64,000 nucleotides of DNA, taken from contig JBAQFJ010000001.1 of the NCBI GenBank assembly GCA_049287205.1, positions 842,505 to 906,504 of the forward strand, given 5' to 3'. The notes beneath the pieces were generated by a model. The model saw only the letters and a program-made list of their open reading frames with translations. It was not told the origin of the DNA and ran no database searches. This stretch comes from Microgenomates group bacterium. Its GTDB lineage: Bacteria > Patescibacteriota > Microgenomatia > UBA10105 > UBA927. This document shows positions 39,621-49,514 of the stretch, piece after piece; within the stretch, counting starts at the first letter, position 1; every line of letters begins with the position of its first letter. A program made the translations under genes and the position numbers.

Positions 39621-39634
39621 AAAAATGAGTATCC

Positions 39635-40078
39635 TCACTTCACCTTTCCCCGAAAATCAACCTCAAGTTCCCGTTTGATATCAGCGTTTTTCTTCAATTC
39701 CCGTTTTTCGTACTGTTTTTTCCCACGCGCAAGGCCAACTTCGAGCTTAATGTGAGGACCTTTAGTATACCAAGAAAGCGGTATGAGGGTCAATTTAGCG
39801 CTATCTAGCCTGCTTGCAAGAGAAACGAGCTCACGCTTATGCACAAGCAGCTTTCTTGTCCGTTGAGGCTCAAAACTGTCGGGATCGGCGTATGTATACG
39901 GAGAAATGGTCGCATTAATAAGATATGCTTCCCCGCCCATAATCTTGACGAATGCCCCCTCTAACTTTCCGTGTCCTAATCGAAGTGATTGCACCTCTGC
40001 ACCCACAAGAGCAACTCCGGCTTCGATCCGGTCAACAATGGTATATTCAAATGAAGCTTTTTTGTTTTGTATCAACAT
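39635..40078 (-). CDS. smpB: SsrA-binding protein
   Basis: FEYTIVDRIEAGVALVGAEVQSLR ... typical SmpB sequence. Confidence 0.9.
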   Translation of the reverse strand: MLIQNKKASFEYTIVDRIEAGVALVGAEVQSLRLGHGKLEGAFVKIMGGEAYLINATISPYTYADPDSFEPQRTRKLLVHKRELVSLASRLDSAKLTLIPLSWYTKGPHIKLEVGLARGKKQYEKRELKKNADIKRELEVDFRGKVK

Positions 40079-40082
40079 ATAC

Positions 40083-41924
40083 CTACTTAATATCTAGGCT
40101 ATACACTGTGTCATTGCCAAGAAGCAGTATTTTACCGTGTTTTTCAGAAACTGCCAAATGAGTGAATGGTATTTCACTCTCCCAGATATATTGCGACATA
40201 TACATTCCATCTTTATCTAAGACAACAACCCGCTTATTATTGTTATCCAAAACATAGATATTATTCACTTCATCACTGGTGTATATTACCAGTTGTAAAC
40301 CAAATGCAGGATCTACTCCTTTGGGATAAAATGAGTTCTCTTTTCCCTGCGTAAATCTCATAATCTTCCCGTCATTCGTACCAATCCAAACCGATCCGTC
40401 AATGACCATACTCGTACTTTTTGATAAATCAGGAAGTGTATCTGGATTTAAGTATTCTCGGATTTCAGAAAACCCTGTTTCTGTCGCAACATATTTCCAA
40501 ATTCTGCTTTTCCCAGAATCAAGCAAATATATATTCCCTCCAAAAGAAACCATCGAAGAAATAACTCCCCAATCCTCACTTTTTTTTATAACATTTTGTT
40601 TTGTTTGCTTTTGATTTATAGCAATCGCATTCACTCCTTCAGAAAGAAGCGCATATCCGGTTGCTCCGTGTACTGCAACTAGCTGCACCGTTTCATATCC
40701 TGTACCACCACCAATAATTGATCCATTTTTCCCAGGAAGCGAAAGACTATATATTGCTTTTTGTTTTGCGTCTCCTAAAAGTACAGTATCATTTTCAATT
40801 GCTATCCCTGATACCGCTCCATCACTTTTTAGAAGTCCTGCGTCGTAAAACATCTGTGGTTCACCGCTATACGCATGCATTGCAGCAATAAGTGCATCAT
40901 CAATTTGACTATATAGTTCAAGAACCCGCCGACCTTCTTTTGTTTTATTGGTCACTGCATCTTTTGCAGGTTGCAGTGTTGTTTTTGCACTCACTAATCG
41001 CTCTCTTCCTTTTACCGGATTGAGTTCCATCAGCGCCGTTCCCTCCTCAAACATCCGATTTGCCTCTGTCATAACGGAGGTAATCTGCTTATCTTGTTTT
41101 GTCGTCAACTCCTTTTGCACTCCAAATAATACGCTTATTCCGAAACAAATAAGAAGAATCATGGTAATACTTACTTTTGGATTTTTTAACCGGTGACGCC
41201 ACAAGACAACGTGTCTATGCATTGTCGACAATTTATCCTTGGAATTAGCATGAATAAATCGATGAATCTTTCCCGCACCAGTATTCAGCTGAATCCTATC
41301 CACTAATACACCCAGTCTTGACGTTTGCTTTATTGGTGTTTGCGATACTGTGCTCATCTGTTCAGAAGCAATAATCGCGTCCACTTCCAGTAATATTGCT
41401 GCACACCCCGACGAATCTGACTCCTCATTGAGCACCATTGCCAGTTTTTCTGCCGATTCAATTGCAGACGTTTGCTCTACAAGAGCAATAAGTTTACTTT
41501 CCTCAATCACATGTCCAAATGCCCCTGAAATAAGAATAACAATGTCTCCTATAGATCCCTGCCCCGATATACTTCCTTCGTGGTCAAGAAGTTTTGCGTA
41601 TTGCCCATTCCGTTTTAGAAAAACAGTTCCAGATCCGCGAACAACAATATAGAACACTGATCCGACCGGAACAACGAGCACAATAGACTGGATACCGTCA
41701 TGGACTCCTTCATTTGCTATTAGTTCAACTTCATGTAGACCAACCGGCGCTCGCTCCAACGCTCTTGTTATTTTTCCAATAGCCTGCATACCGACGGTTT
41801 GGGCAATCCCCGCGTCATCTGTTACTTCCACAATTCCATAAGCGTTGGGAGTTTTAATTGTTTGCGCCCAATGAACAGAAGAATTCGTTCCTACTACCGA
41901 CCCGATGGATGTTTGAATCTGCAT
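40083..41924 (-). CDS. multidomain membrane protein: N-terminal cytoplasmic domain (possible PPM-like), one TM helix, C-terminal beta-propeller-like repeats
   Basis: Central TM helix ITMILLICFGISVLFGV. C-terminal repeats with NIYLLD / NIYVLD (NHL/YVTN-like). Domain assignment tentative. Confidence 0.4.
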   Translation of the reverse strand: MQIQTSIGSVVGTNSSVHWAQTIKTPNAYGIVEVTDDAGIAQTVGMQAIGKITRALERAPVGLHEVELIANEGVHDGIQSIVLVVPVGSVFYIVVRGSGTVFLKRNGQYAKLLDHEGSISGQGSIGDIVILISGAFGHVIEESKLIALVEQTSAIESAEKLAMVLNEESDSSGCAAILLEVDAIIASEQMSTVSQTPIKQTSRLGVLVDRIQLNTGAGKIHRFIHANSKDKLSTMHRHVVLWRHRLKNPKVSITMILLICFGISVLFGVQKELTTKQDKQITSVMTEANRMFEEGTALMELNPVKGRERLVSAKTTLQPAKDAVTNKTKEGRRVLELYSQIDDALIAAMHAYSGEPQMFYDAGLLKSDGAVSGIAIENDTVLLGDAKQKAIYSLSLPGKNGSIIGGGTGYETVQLVAVHGATGYALLSEGVNAIAINQKQTKQNVIKKSEDWGVISSMVSFGGNIYLLDSGKSRIWKYVATETGFSEIREYLNPDTLPDLSKSTSMVIDGSVWIGTNDGKIMRFTQGKENSFYPKGVDPAFGLQLVIYTSDEVNNIYVLDNNNKRVVVLDKDGMYMSQYIWESEIPFTHLAVSEKHGKILLLGNDTVYSLDIK

Positions 41925-41952
41925 ACTTCTTCCATCGTATCACGTTCTTTGC

Positions 41953-42174
41953 TTACAGTAAGATAAGCGCAAGAATGATAACAAATACTGCTGCAACAAG
42001 GTGTATGATGGTGAGCAAACGCAGTACCGCTTCAGAAGTTTCAGCTAATACTTTTGACATCAACTGTTCTTGTCTCACCATAATCCATGCATAAATCGCA
42101 TATAAAACCAAGCTGATTACGATAAAAACTTTCGCTATTAAAAACCCGATGCTGGTATAGTCTTGCGGTATCAT
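41953..42174 (-). CDS. small two-TM membrane protein (hypothetical)
   Basis: Track ORF with two hydrophobic helices. Confidence 0.35.
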   Translation of the reverse strand: MIPQDYTSIGFLIAKVFIVISLVLYAIYAWIMVRQEQLMSKVLAETSEAVLRLLTIIHLVAAVFVIILALILL

Positions 42175-42728
42175 ACTTGCTTTTTATTTTTTGTTTTTGC
42201 CTCATCGCTGATGATGTCAACAACTTCACTCGGTTTTGGGACACGTTCAAACATAAAATTTGGCATTTCTCCTGCGGTCTGTATAGTCACATCTCCAAAA
42301 TTAAACATGGTGGCAAGAATGCCGCTCGTCTTATATGAAATGTCCTGAACCCGTTCGAGTTGCGTTTCTGAAATATCTTTATGCAGTAAATTCACAAAAT
42401 CAATATCCACGATGCGTTCGTTCGTCACGATAAAAATATTAAAAAACCAGAATAAAAATTTTGAAAGAACAAACCCAAACGCTAAGACGTACCAAAATAC
42501 GGTACCGACAATCATATATCCGGTTGGTATACTCCATGACTGAGAGAAAAATCTGTATAACACCGGAAAAAGAATTGTCGGCGTGAAAAACAAAATAACT
42601 CCGATAATGAGCCATGGCACCAATACAATAAGATGTTGCCTAAGAAAAAGAATAATCACTTCTTGTTTTTCCTGCGTTTCAAAACGAAGATGTTTTGGGG
42701 TTTTGGCAAATGCAGTTAATAGATTCAT
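42171..42728 (-). CDS. membrane protein with bacterial PH (bPH_2/YdbS-like) domain
   Basis: Two N-terminal TM helices followed by a PH-like domain. Confidence 0.45.
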   Translation of the reverse strand: MNLLTAFAKTPKHLRFETQEKQEVIILFLRQHLIVLVPWLIIGVILFFTPTILFPVLYRFFSQSWSIPTGYMIVGTVFWYVLAFGFVLSKFLFWFFNIFIVTNERIVDIDFVNLLHKDISETQLERVQDISYKTSGILATMFNFGDVTIQTAGEMPNFMFERVPKPSEVVDIISDEAKTKNKKQV

Positions 42729-42766
42729 GGGCGTATTAGTTTGGGCACTCTAGTAACAGTATTGTA

Positions 42767-44521
42767 CTACTTCCGTTCAACATTGAACAATGGTCCGACT
42801 ATTTGAATATTTGCAGGTGCCCGCAAGTTGAAATAGGTTTTAAATTCATCACCGGCAAATGAATTCGATTTTCCGTCCCCTGATACATTTACTGAGGTAA
42901 CACGACCAATACCAAAATCTGCGCTGACAGAAATATTGGAAACTGAATTATATGGTGTTACACCCCGTGAACTTAATTCACTTCGAACCCGACCTGCATC
43001 CCACGTGTCGGTACCATCAGGATTCGTTTTATCCGTCTGTACCAAATGACTTTGTGTGCCGCCGTCAGCTTTTGCCAATAACATAACGTTAATTATGTCA
43101 GCAACCTCTTCAGGTCTAAGCCATGCAGTTCCACCAGCGCTACTTCGTCCTCCCCAATCACAGTAAAACCACGGACTATCTTTATCATACGCGGTATTTT
43201 TAAGATCAGAGAAGCTCGAAACAGACCCAGACGTCGTGTCTACCACGCGTTTTGTATATGGTGTTTGCGTCCACCCTGACAGATCACCAGTGTTAAATAC
43301 ATATCCTCCATGCGTTGAAGAAAAGAACGCTTTAATTGGGTTGCCTCCTTGAATCATTACCAATCCAGCTGTCGCATCAACGGCATTTATCCAAGCATTA
43401 TTATTATCGGTTTTTGGCTCAGGTTTGAACACCTGACACTGTTGCGTGGTACATATGGAGCCCTGACCGTTATTCGTATAGGCAAGAGCATAAGATCTAA
43501 TCGCAATAGCTTGAGCTTTGAGTGCGGCGGATTCGTGGTCTGTCCATGAAGCAGGAACTTCATAAACACGTTTGACATAATCATCAAGGGAATAACCTTG
43601 ATATCCCTGAACATTAATCGTTGCATCTCGACGCTCTATAGAATCAAAACTATAATAGGCTTTAAGTATTGTGTCATAATCCTGATTTTGTTTTGCGCGT
43701 CCCCAAGCTCCATATTGGTTAAGCCCTACACGATTAGGCACTCCAAATGTAAAAAATCCAAATCCTCCGCTAAACCCAGGGTCTTTCCCATTCGTCAGAT
43801 CACTCGAGCACCCGCCACCACTCATCGCATACAAAGGAATACCGAGACCTGCTAGTTTTGCGCCTAAAAAGGCCTGTTGCTTTGCGCTAAGTGATGCAAT
43901 TGTACTTGAAAGTTGTGCCTCATATGCATTTGCATCGGCAACCAATTTACGCACAGATACAGCCCGTTTATCCACATCCTCTTTCATTGCTGCAAGTGTC
44001 GCTCGCTCACCTTCCAGTTTTTTCTTCTTATCTTCCAAATCTTTCACCATAACAGCAGTCTGTGTGATTACCCGTTTATCCTCGTTTGTAATTGCCTGCT
44101 GGTATCCATAATTTCGTAAGGTTGCGCCAATATCAGATGACGTCAAAAGTGATGCCAACAGGTTAATATTTGATGAACGTATATAGAATGACCGAATACG
44201 ACGATTTGCAACAATTAGCAATGCGCCTAGTTCTTTTTCCCCTTCTGCAATTGCTTTACTTTTTATCACCATTTCAACTTCAATTGTCTTAATTCTATTT
44301 AAAAATGCGGCAATATCCGCTTCCATCTTTCTGAGGGCGTCAACATGCGGTTTTTTTGCCACCTCCATCTGATCCCACGCTTCCTGACATTTTGCCATTT
44401 TTAACTTGCATTCCTCAGTGCTTGAACAGGAAGAATCACATGATTGTGCATACACTGGTCGTGTCGACCATAATAATACGAAGGAAAAACAAAAGCTAAT
44501 TACAATACGAAGAAATTTCAT
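42767..44521 (-). CDS. secreted coiled-coil protein with C-terminal SpoIID/LytB (lytic transglycosylase-like) domain
   Basis: Signal peptide and long coiled-coil. C-terminal ALKAQAIAIRSYALAYT ... SICTTQQCQVF motif of SpoIID/LytB. Confidence 0.55.
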   Translation of the reverse strand: MKFLRIVISFCFSFVLLWSTRPVYAQSCDSSCSSTEECKLKMAKCQEAWDQMEVAKKPHVDALRKMEADIAAFLNRIKTIEVEMVIKSKAIAEGEKELGALLIVANRRIRSFYIRSSNINLLASLLTSSDIGATLRNYGYQQAITNEDKRVITQTAVMVKDLEDKKKKLEGERATLAAMKEDVDKRAVSVRKLVADANAYEAQLSSTIASLSAKQQAFLGAKLAGLGIPLYAMSGGGCSSDLTNGKDPGFSGGFGFFTFGVPNRVGLNQYGAWGRAKQNQDYDTILKAYYSFDSIERRDATINVQGYQGYSLDDYVKRVYEVPASWTDHESAALKAQAIAIRSYALAYTNNGQGSICTTQQCQVFKPEPKTDNNNAWINAVDATAGLVMIQGGNPIKAFFSSTHGGYVFNTGDLSGWTQTPYTKRVVDTTSGSVSSFSDLKNTAYDKDSPWFYCDWGGRSSAGGTAWLRPEEVADIINVMLLAKADGGTQSHLVQTDKTNPDGTDTWDAGRVRSELSSRGVTPYNSVSNISVSADFGIGRVTSVNVSGDGKSNSFAGDEFKTYFNLRAPANIQIVGPLFNVERK

Positions 44522-44580
44522 GCGTATTCCTATTCTATCATGCTCTTTTCTTTAAACTCACGCTTTGGTACACTTAAGAG

Positions 44581-45144
44581 GTGAAAAAAGCCATCTCTAT
44601 TATCTTTTTCATTCTTGCAACGTTTCTTTTTGTGCCAAAATTCTCTCCTATATATGCGGAGTGCATCCAAACCGGATCATGTAAAATGGTCGGACAAGAA
44701 TGTTGCAATGGCAAAGCTCCTATATCTGCTAATGAATGTTATCAAAAAATGAAATGTTCTGACGCAGGCGCCGTGTTGACACCTACACCAGTAGCAACAG
44801 CCAACACATGTTCGCTCCTGAGTGGTACAGCAAAAACAACCTGTGAAGGTTGTATGAATGACGACAAACATGTGTGGACTGCCATCGGATGTGTTGAGGC
44901 AACATCAACAGGACTCCTCAATAAATTCCTTCCATTTGCTATCGGTATTGCAGGAGGAATCGCATTCTTGCTCATTCTCTTTGGCGCACTCCAAATGATG
45001 ATGTCTGCAGGAAATCCCGAGAAATTAAATGCCGGAAAAGAGCTAGTCACTGCAGCTATTACAGGGTTGCTGCTTATCATCTTTTCCATTTTCATTTTGC
45101 AGCTTGTCGGCGTAACAATATTAAAAATTCCTGGATTTTCATAA
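44581..45144 (+). CDS. VirB2/TrbC-like pilin-like protein (signal peptide + Cys-rich ectodomain + helical hairpin)
   Basis: Signal peptide. Ectodomain with about 11 Cys. C-terminal hydrophobic helix - SAGNPEKLNAGK - hydrophobic helix. Confidence 0.45.
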   Translation: MKKAISIIFFILATFLFVPKFSPIYAECIQTGSCKMVGQECCNGKAPISANECYQKMKCSDAGAVLTPTPVATANTCSLLSGTAKTTCEGCMNDDKHVWTAIGCVEATSTGLLNKFLPFAIGIAGGIAFLLILFGALQMMMSAGNPEKLNAGKELVTAAITGLLLIIFSIFILQLVGVTILKIPGFS

Positions 45145-45145
45145 T

Positions 45146-45484
45146 ATGCACCTTTTAGCACAAAAATTAACATTGCCGGGAAGTGAAATAAATCCAACTC
45201 CAATCGTAGGGCCATTGGGAGATAAAACAATTACACTTGGAGGAATTGTTTCTTCACTCTTTACCATTGCGCTTCCTCTTGCAGGTATTGGATTGTTAAT
45301 CATGATCTTAAGTGCAGGTTTTACTTTGCTTACCAGTGCAGGAGACGCAAAAAAAATGGAAAAAGGGAAACAAACACTTACCTATGGCATCGTCGGATTT
45401 TTAGTAATTTTTGTCGCGTATTGGATAACACAATTTTTTGGAACTGTATTTGGTATCACTGCGATTACCGAAATTTTCAAATAA
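45146..45484 (+). CDS. VirB2/TrbC-like pilin-like helical-hairpin membrane protein
   Basis: TM - TSAGDAKKMEKGK - TM hairpin. Same family as the six-gene array at 54.7-57.0 kb. Confidence 0.45.
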   Translation: MHLLAQKLTLPGSEINPTPIVGPLGDKTITLGGIVSSLFTIALPLAGIGLLIMILSAGFTLLTSAGDAKKMEKGKQTLTYGIVGFLVIFVAYWITQFFGTVFGITAITEIFK

Positions 45485-45487
45485 CAA

Positions 45488-46174
45488 TTATTTTCCAAAC
45501 CTTCGCTGTCTTGTTTGATACTCTTCAATCAGCTCATCCAATTTTTCGGGTGTGAAGTCCGGCATATACCACGTCGGAAATGCAAACTCCGCATATTCTA
45601 TTTGCCAAAGTAAAAATCCCGAAAGACGCTGTTCTCCGCCGGTTCTGATGACAAATTCCGGATCTGGAATTCCTGCCGTATCCAACTTTTCTTCGAGCAT
45701 TTTTTCAGTCACAACATCCACGTCCCGCAATATATTTATTGCTCGCACTATTTCATCCCGCCCTCCATAATTTAACGCAAAAATTGTTGTAATCTTTGTG
45801 TTATTTTTTGATTGTTCCACTACGTTTCTTAATGATTCCTGAATGTCCTCAGGAAACCGAGACAGATCACCAATTACCCGAATGCGCACTCCTTTTTCCT
45901 GCAGTCGTTGCCATCGTTTGTTAATAACGTGCCGAAATATTGACATGATTCCTTTTATTTCTGCTTCTGATCTATTCCAATTCTCTGTTGAGAATGCCCA
46001 AAATGTCATATACTTCACTCCTAATTTTGCGGCGTGTTCTATAAGAGGCTCCAGCGTCTCTTCCGCTACTTTTCTGTGCCCTTCAACAGATGGAAGCCCA
46101 TGTTCATGAGCCCACCTGCGATTCCCATCCATGATAACGGCGATATGTTGCGGAACTGAAATTTTTTTATCCAT
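45488..46174 (-). CDS. uppS: undecaprenyl-diphosphate synthase (cis-isoprenyl transferase)
   Basis: HIAVIMDGNRRWA motif. ATG 46174 is 2 nt after the MVD stop. Confidence 0.9.
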   Translation of the reverse strand: MDKKISVPQHIAVIMDGNRRWAHEHGLPSVEGHRKVAEETLEPLIEHAAKLGVKYMTFWAFSTENWNRSEAEIKGIMSIFRHVINKRWQRLQEKGVRIRVIGDLSRFPEDIQESLRNVVEQSKNNTKITTIFALNYGGRDEIVRAINILRDVDVVTEKMLEEKLDTAGIPDPEFVIRTGGEQRLSGFLLWQIEYAEFAFPTWYMPDFTPEKLDELIEEYQTRQRRFGK

Positions 46175-46175
46175 A

Positions 46176-47156
46176 TTAAAATAAATGTTGCTGTATACAA
46201 TGTGTTCCACGAGCCGGAGCATTGACTATAACTGATTGTACACCAAACACATTTTTCAGTGCGCTATGTACAATTTCCTCATTTTTCTCTTCACACAGAA
46301 TGTGCACATTTGGACCGGCATCCATTGTGTAATATGCGGGCGTTCCATTTTTCCGTAACTCATAAACCGCATCCATCACACGAAGTGTTGCGTCGTTCCA
46401 GTAAAACAGTGGCGGTTTCTGCGTCATCATGACACAGTGCATAGAAATTGCATCTTCCTCAATGAGTGCTCCAAACGCGTGTATATTTTTCGTTGTGAGT
46501 GCCTCTTGCATCGCAATAATTTTCTCAGGAATTTGCTGTACACGAGTGCGCCAATTTGGACTTGTCTTTATGGCATCCATCCCTTCGGTACTTGATATTT
46601 TTTTCGTCTCTTTTGAAACAACACAAACCATATCGCACATATTCCACCATGTAGAAGGGAACAAGGATTCAGCATATGAATCAGCAGATTTTTTTCCTGC
46701 ATGCCACCAAACAAATCCATCAGGGATACTTCTTGCCGCAGAACCTGAACCGATTCGTGCGAGTATTGTCAATTCTTTTTCAGAAAGAGCTAATCCAATG
46801 GCACGAGAAGCAGCGAATGAAAGTGCTGCAAATCCAGATGCGGATGAAGCAATCCCCGTCCCTTTTGGAAATGAATTTTTTGTCACAACATGAGCGTATA
46901 TTTTTTTTCGCGCGAGTCGTCGAAGCCGGTCAAGATGATTTTTAATCCGTTTACTTTCACTTTCAGAAATTGATTCGCCAACAAACGAAATATCGTCGCG
47001 GGTAAACGCCGAGGAAAATTCCACCGTTGTCATTGTCACTGCTCCGCTTAAATTCATAGAAATTGAATCGTTCAGCGGCAGACGAAATTTACCCGATCGT
47101 TTTCCCCAATATTTGATGAATGCGATATTTGCAGGAGCTACAGCAGTTATTTTCAT
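46176..47156 (-). CDS. mvaD: diphosphomevalonate decarboxylase
   Basis: GHMP-fold, MKITAVAPANIAFIKYWGKR N-terminus typical of MVD. Confidence 0.85.
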   Translation of the reverse strand: MKITAVAPANIAFIKYWGKRSGKFRLPLNDSISMNLSGAVTMTTVEFSSAFTRDDISFVGESISESESKRIKNHLDRLRRLARKKIYAHVVTKNSFPKGTGIASSASGFAALSFAASRAIGLALSEKELTILARIGSGSAARSIPDGFVWWHAGKKSADSYAESLFPSTWWNMCDMVCVVSKETKKISSTEGMDAIKTSPNWRTRVQQIPEKIIAMQEALTTKNIHAFGALIEEDAISMHCVMMTQKPPLFYWNDATLRVMDAVYELRKNGTPAYYTMDAGPNVHILCEEKNEEIVHSALKNVFGVQSVIVNAPARGTHCIQQHLF

Positions 47157-48577
47157 ACGAGTACCCCCGCCTGACGAAGTGATATGAGAGCGCCTTCCGT
47201 AAGTATCATTGCGCCTGATGCCACTTTAAACTTCAATTCTCTGGTGTCAAAAAAATCCACCTCCTCCACCTCATCTTTACTTATAATAAAGGGGCCTTCT
47301 GATTTTGCAGTATATAGACACGCCATTTCAGTTTCATTTGTTCCTTCAACAATAAATTTTTTAAAAAATATAATCGGCATATCAACACCAAGCTCTTCCA
47401 ATAACTCACGATGCATCGCCTCTTCATTTGTCTGCCCTTTCGTCACATGACCCGCGGAAGAAATTCCCCATTTACCCGGTTCCATGTCTTTTGTATGACT
47501 TCGTTTCTGCAACAATAATTTCCCTTGTTTATTATAAATAAGTACTCCAACCGTTCGGTGCATCAATGATTTATCATGATGGCATACATACCGAGACGCA
47601 TATCTGATAACAGTATCATCTGTATCCACAACAATGAACTGTTCTGACTGGTCATCCGTCGTATCGACACGAACTCCTTCTGTATTTACCGAAACTGATA
47701 CAACTGTTCCAATTTGAGCGATTGCCTTTTCTACTGCTTCTTTTTTTTCTTTCGAAACCAGTGCAATCATACAATCTCCTCCACCCGCCCCTGATAATTT
47801 TGCTCCAAACGCACCTGCCTGTTTTGCCGCATAAATCATGCTTTCCAACTTCTCTGTGCTCACACCAAGATCACGCAAATATTCCTGATTAAAGTTCATT
47901 AATTTCCCGACTGTTTCCCAATCTTTTTTGTCCCCTGCAACTTTTGCCTGCAGCACCAATTTTCCTATTGCTTCAAAAATTCGGTTTACCAATTCCGGCT
48001 GCGCATCTTTTTTCTTAGCGATATCTTTCACAATCGACGGAGTGTCAGCTTTTATACCGCTATATCCGACTACGAGCGATACATCGTCGTTCATATCCCA
48101 TGATAATTGCTGCAGTGTATCTCCGCCTTTGGTATACAGCAATGTACCCCCATGTGTTGCGGCGGCAACATCAAATCCGGAACCAACACCCTGTATTGTT
48201 AACACCGTCTTGTACGCTTGTTCAAACAAATTTTTTTTATCAATATTCTTATGAAACGTTGTTGCTAATGCCTCAAGTGTCGCAACTGTAACCGCAGAGG
48301 ATGATCCGAATCCGTAACAATTGGAAAAATTGCTATGCGTTTTTATGTGCAAACCATGGTGGGTAATTCCAAACGCACGACACCCATCAAAAATAGCCTG
48401 ATCAACAAACCGTGTGTCTTTCACTTGTGGTGCATCAATCGTGATTTTATTATCTTGTGTCTCTTCAATGGAAACAGCAAGTCGTTCAGACACTGCAGTC
48501 ACAAGACACGGGTACCCATACACTACCGCGTGCTCTCCCATAAGCATAAGTTTTCCCGGTGCAGAAATTGTCATCAT
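47153..48577 (-). CDS. GHMP kinase (mevalonate/phosphomevalonate kinase family) fused to type-1 IPP isomerase-like Nudix domain
   Basis: N-terminal SAPGKLMLMGEHAVVYG. C-terminal domain parallels E. coli Idi (HRTVGVLIYNKQGKLLLQKRS ... PGKWGISSAGH ... NEEAMHRELLEELGV) but has Ala where the catalytic Cys aligns. Confidence 0.7.
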   Translation of the reverse strand: MMTISAPGKLMLMGEHAVVYGYPCLVTAVSERLAVSIEETQDNKITIDAPQVKDTRFVDQAIFDGCRAFGITHHGLHIKTHSNFSNCYGFGSSSAVTVATLEALATTFHKNIDKKNLFEQAYKTVLTIQGVGSGFDVAAATHGGTLLYTKGGDTLQQLSWDMNDDVSLVVGYSGIKADTPSIVKDIAKKKDAQPELVNRIFEAIGKLVLQAKVAGDKKDWETVGKLMNFNQEYLRDLGVSTEKLESMIYAAKQAGAFGAKLSGAGGGDCMIALVSKEKKEAVEKAIAQIGTVVSVSVNTEGVRVDTTDDQSEQFIVVDTDDTVIRYASRYVCHHDKSLMHRTVGVLIYNKQGKLLLQKRSHTKDMEPGKWGISSAGHVTKGQTNEEAMHRELLEELGVDMPIIFFKKFIVEGTNETEMACLYTAKSEGPFIISKDEVEEVDFFDTRELKFKVASGAMILTEGALISLRQAGVLV

Positions 48578-48578
48578 A

Positions 48579-49514
48579 TTATTTTTTTTCGAGTTTTACC
48601 CCGTCTCCCCCCAACAATACCGGTTGTGTGGCATATCCGAACTTTTTCCCGATTTCTTCCACTACACTCTGTTCTTTATGATAGCAAAGCAGAAATCCTA
48701 CGCCATCTCTTTTCCCTCCGCCACCTAAAATTTTTGTAGCACCTCCATTTTTTTCAACCGCTCGTATAAAAGGAATAACTTTTTTTCCGACTACACCCAT
48801 TCGTTCAAGCGTCTCCTCACCCTTACTCATTGCGTTTAGTAATTGTTCTTCGTTTTGATCCTTAAGAGCTATTGTGATATTTTTTGCTTGTTCTTCGTTC
48901 TGAAAAAATACGTTTCTCATTTTTCTTCTATTTTTTTCAAACCGTTTTCTTACCAGCGCCACCATATCACCTGTTGTTTCTGTTGGCCTACCAGTATTTA
49001 TCAGAAAAAAATGGTTGACTGATGATGGTATCTTTATATCCAATTGCCACATGCTCTTCAAAAATTCCAATTCCTTCCGAAACCACAATATCCCCCCCAT
49101 TGTTACAATTGTATTATCGCCGCCGGATGGATTTCCATGTTGTTTTTTTTCCGCTTCATACGCTATCTGGTTAAACAATGTGGGATTCCAAATTTTTTTC
49201 AAAAAATATGTTACTGCGGCAACGGTTGCAACGGCTGTGGCGGCGGACGATCCCAAATGAAACCCCGCCGGAATATCTGAATCAACAGTAATTCGCATAG
49301 CGGGAATGGACGAGAGATGAAAATGTTCCTTCACTTTTTGCACTGCATACAATACATATTCAGGTGATTCAGTTGAAATAACTTCCATTTTCTCAGATGC
49401 TTCGACAGCAACCCGCATACGAAGATTTATTGCGGCAAGAAGCGCAGGTGTACCATATACAACTGCATGCTCTCCCATCAAATGGATTTTTCCCGGAACG
49501 GAAACAGTAATCAT
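48579..49514 (-). CDS. mevalonate kinase-like GHMP kinase
   Basis: SVPGKIHLMGEHAVVYG. Ser/Gly-rich ATP loop. Confidence 0.75.
   Translation of the reverse strand: MITVSVPGKIHLMGEHAVVYGTPALLAAINLRMRVAVEASEKMEVISTESPEYVLYAVQKVKEHFHLSSIPAMRITVDSDIPAGFHLGSSAATAVATVAAVTYFLKKIWNPTLFNQIAYEAEKKQHGNPSGGDNTIVTMGGILWFRKELEFLKSMWQLDIKIPSSVNHFFLINTGRPTETTGDMVALVRKRFEKNRRKMRNVFFQNEEQAKNITIALKDQNEEQLLNAMSKGEETLERMGVVGKKVIPFIRAVEKNGGATKILGGGGKRDGVGFLLCYHKEQSVVEEIGKKFGYATQPVLLGGDGVKLEKK

Noticed and set aside
36733-39622. Track ORFs 36733..36957, 39434..39622 and the N-terminal extensions of 37127..37768 and 34188..35063
   Set aside because: They run across tRNA-Ser genes or the tmRNA tag region. The sequence is better explained by structured RNA genes. 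Shorter internal starts were used for the flanking proteins.
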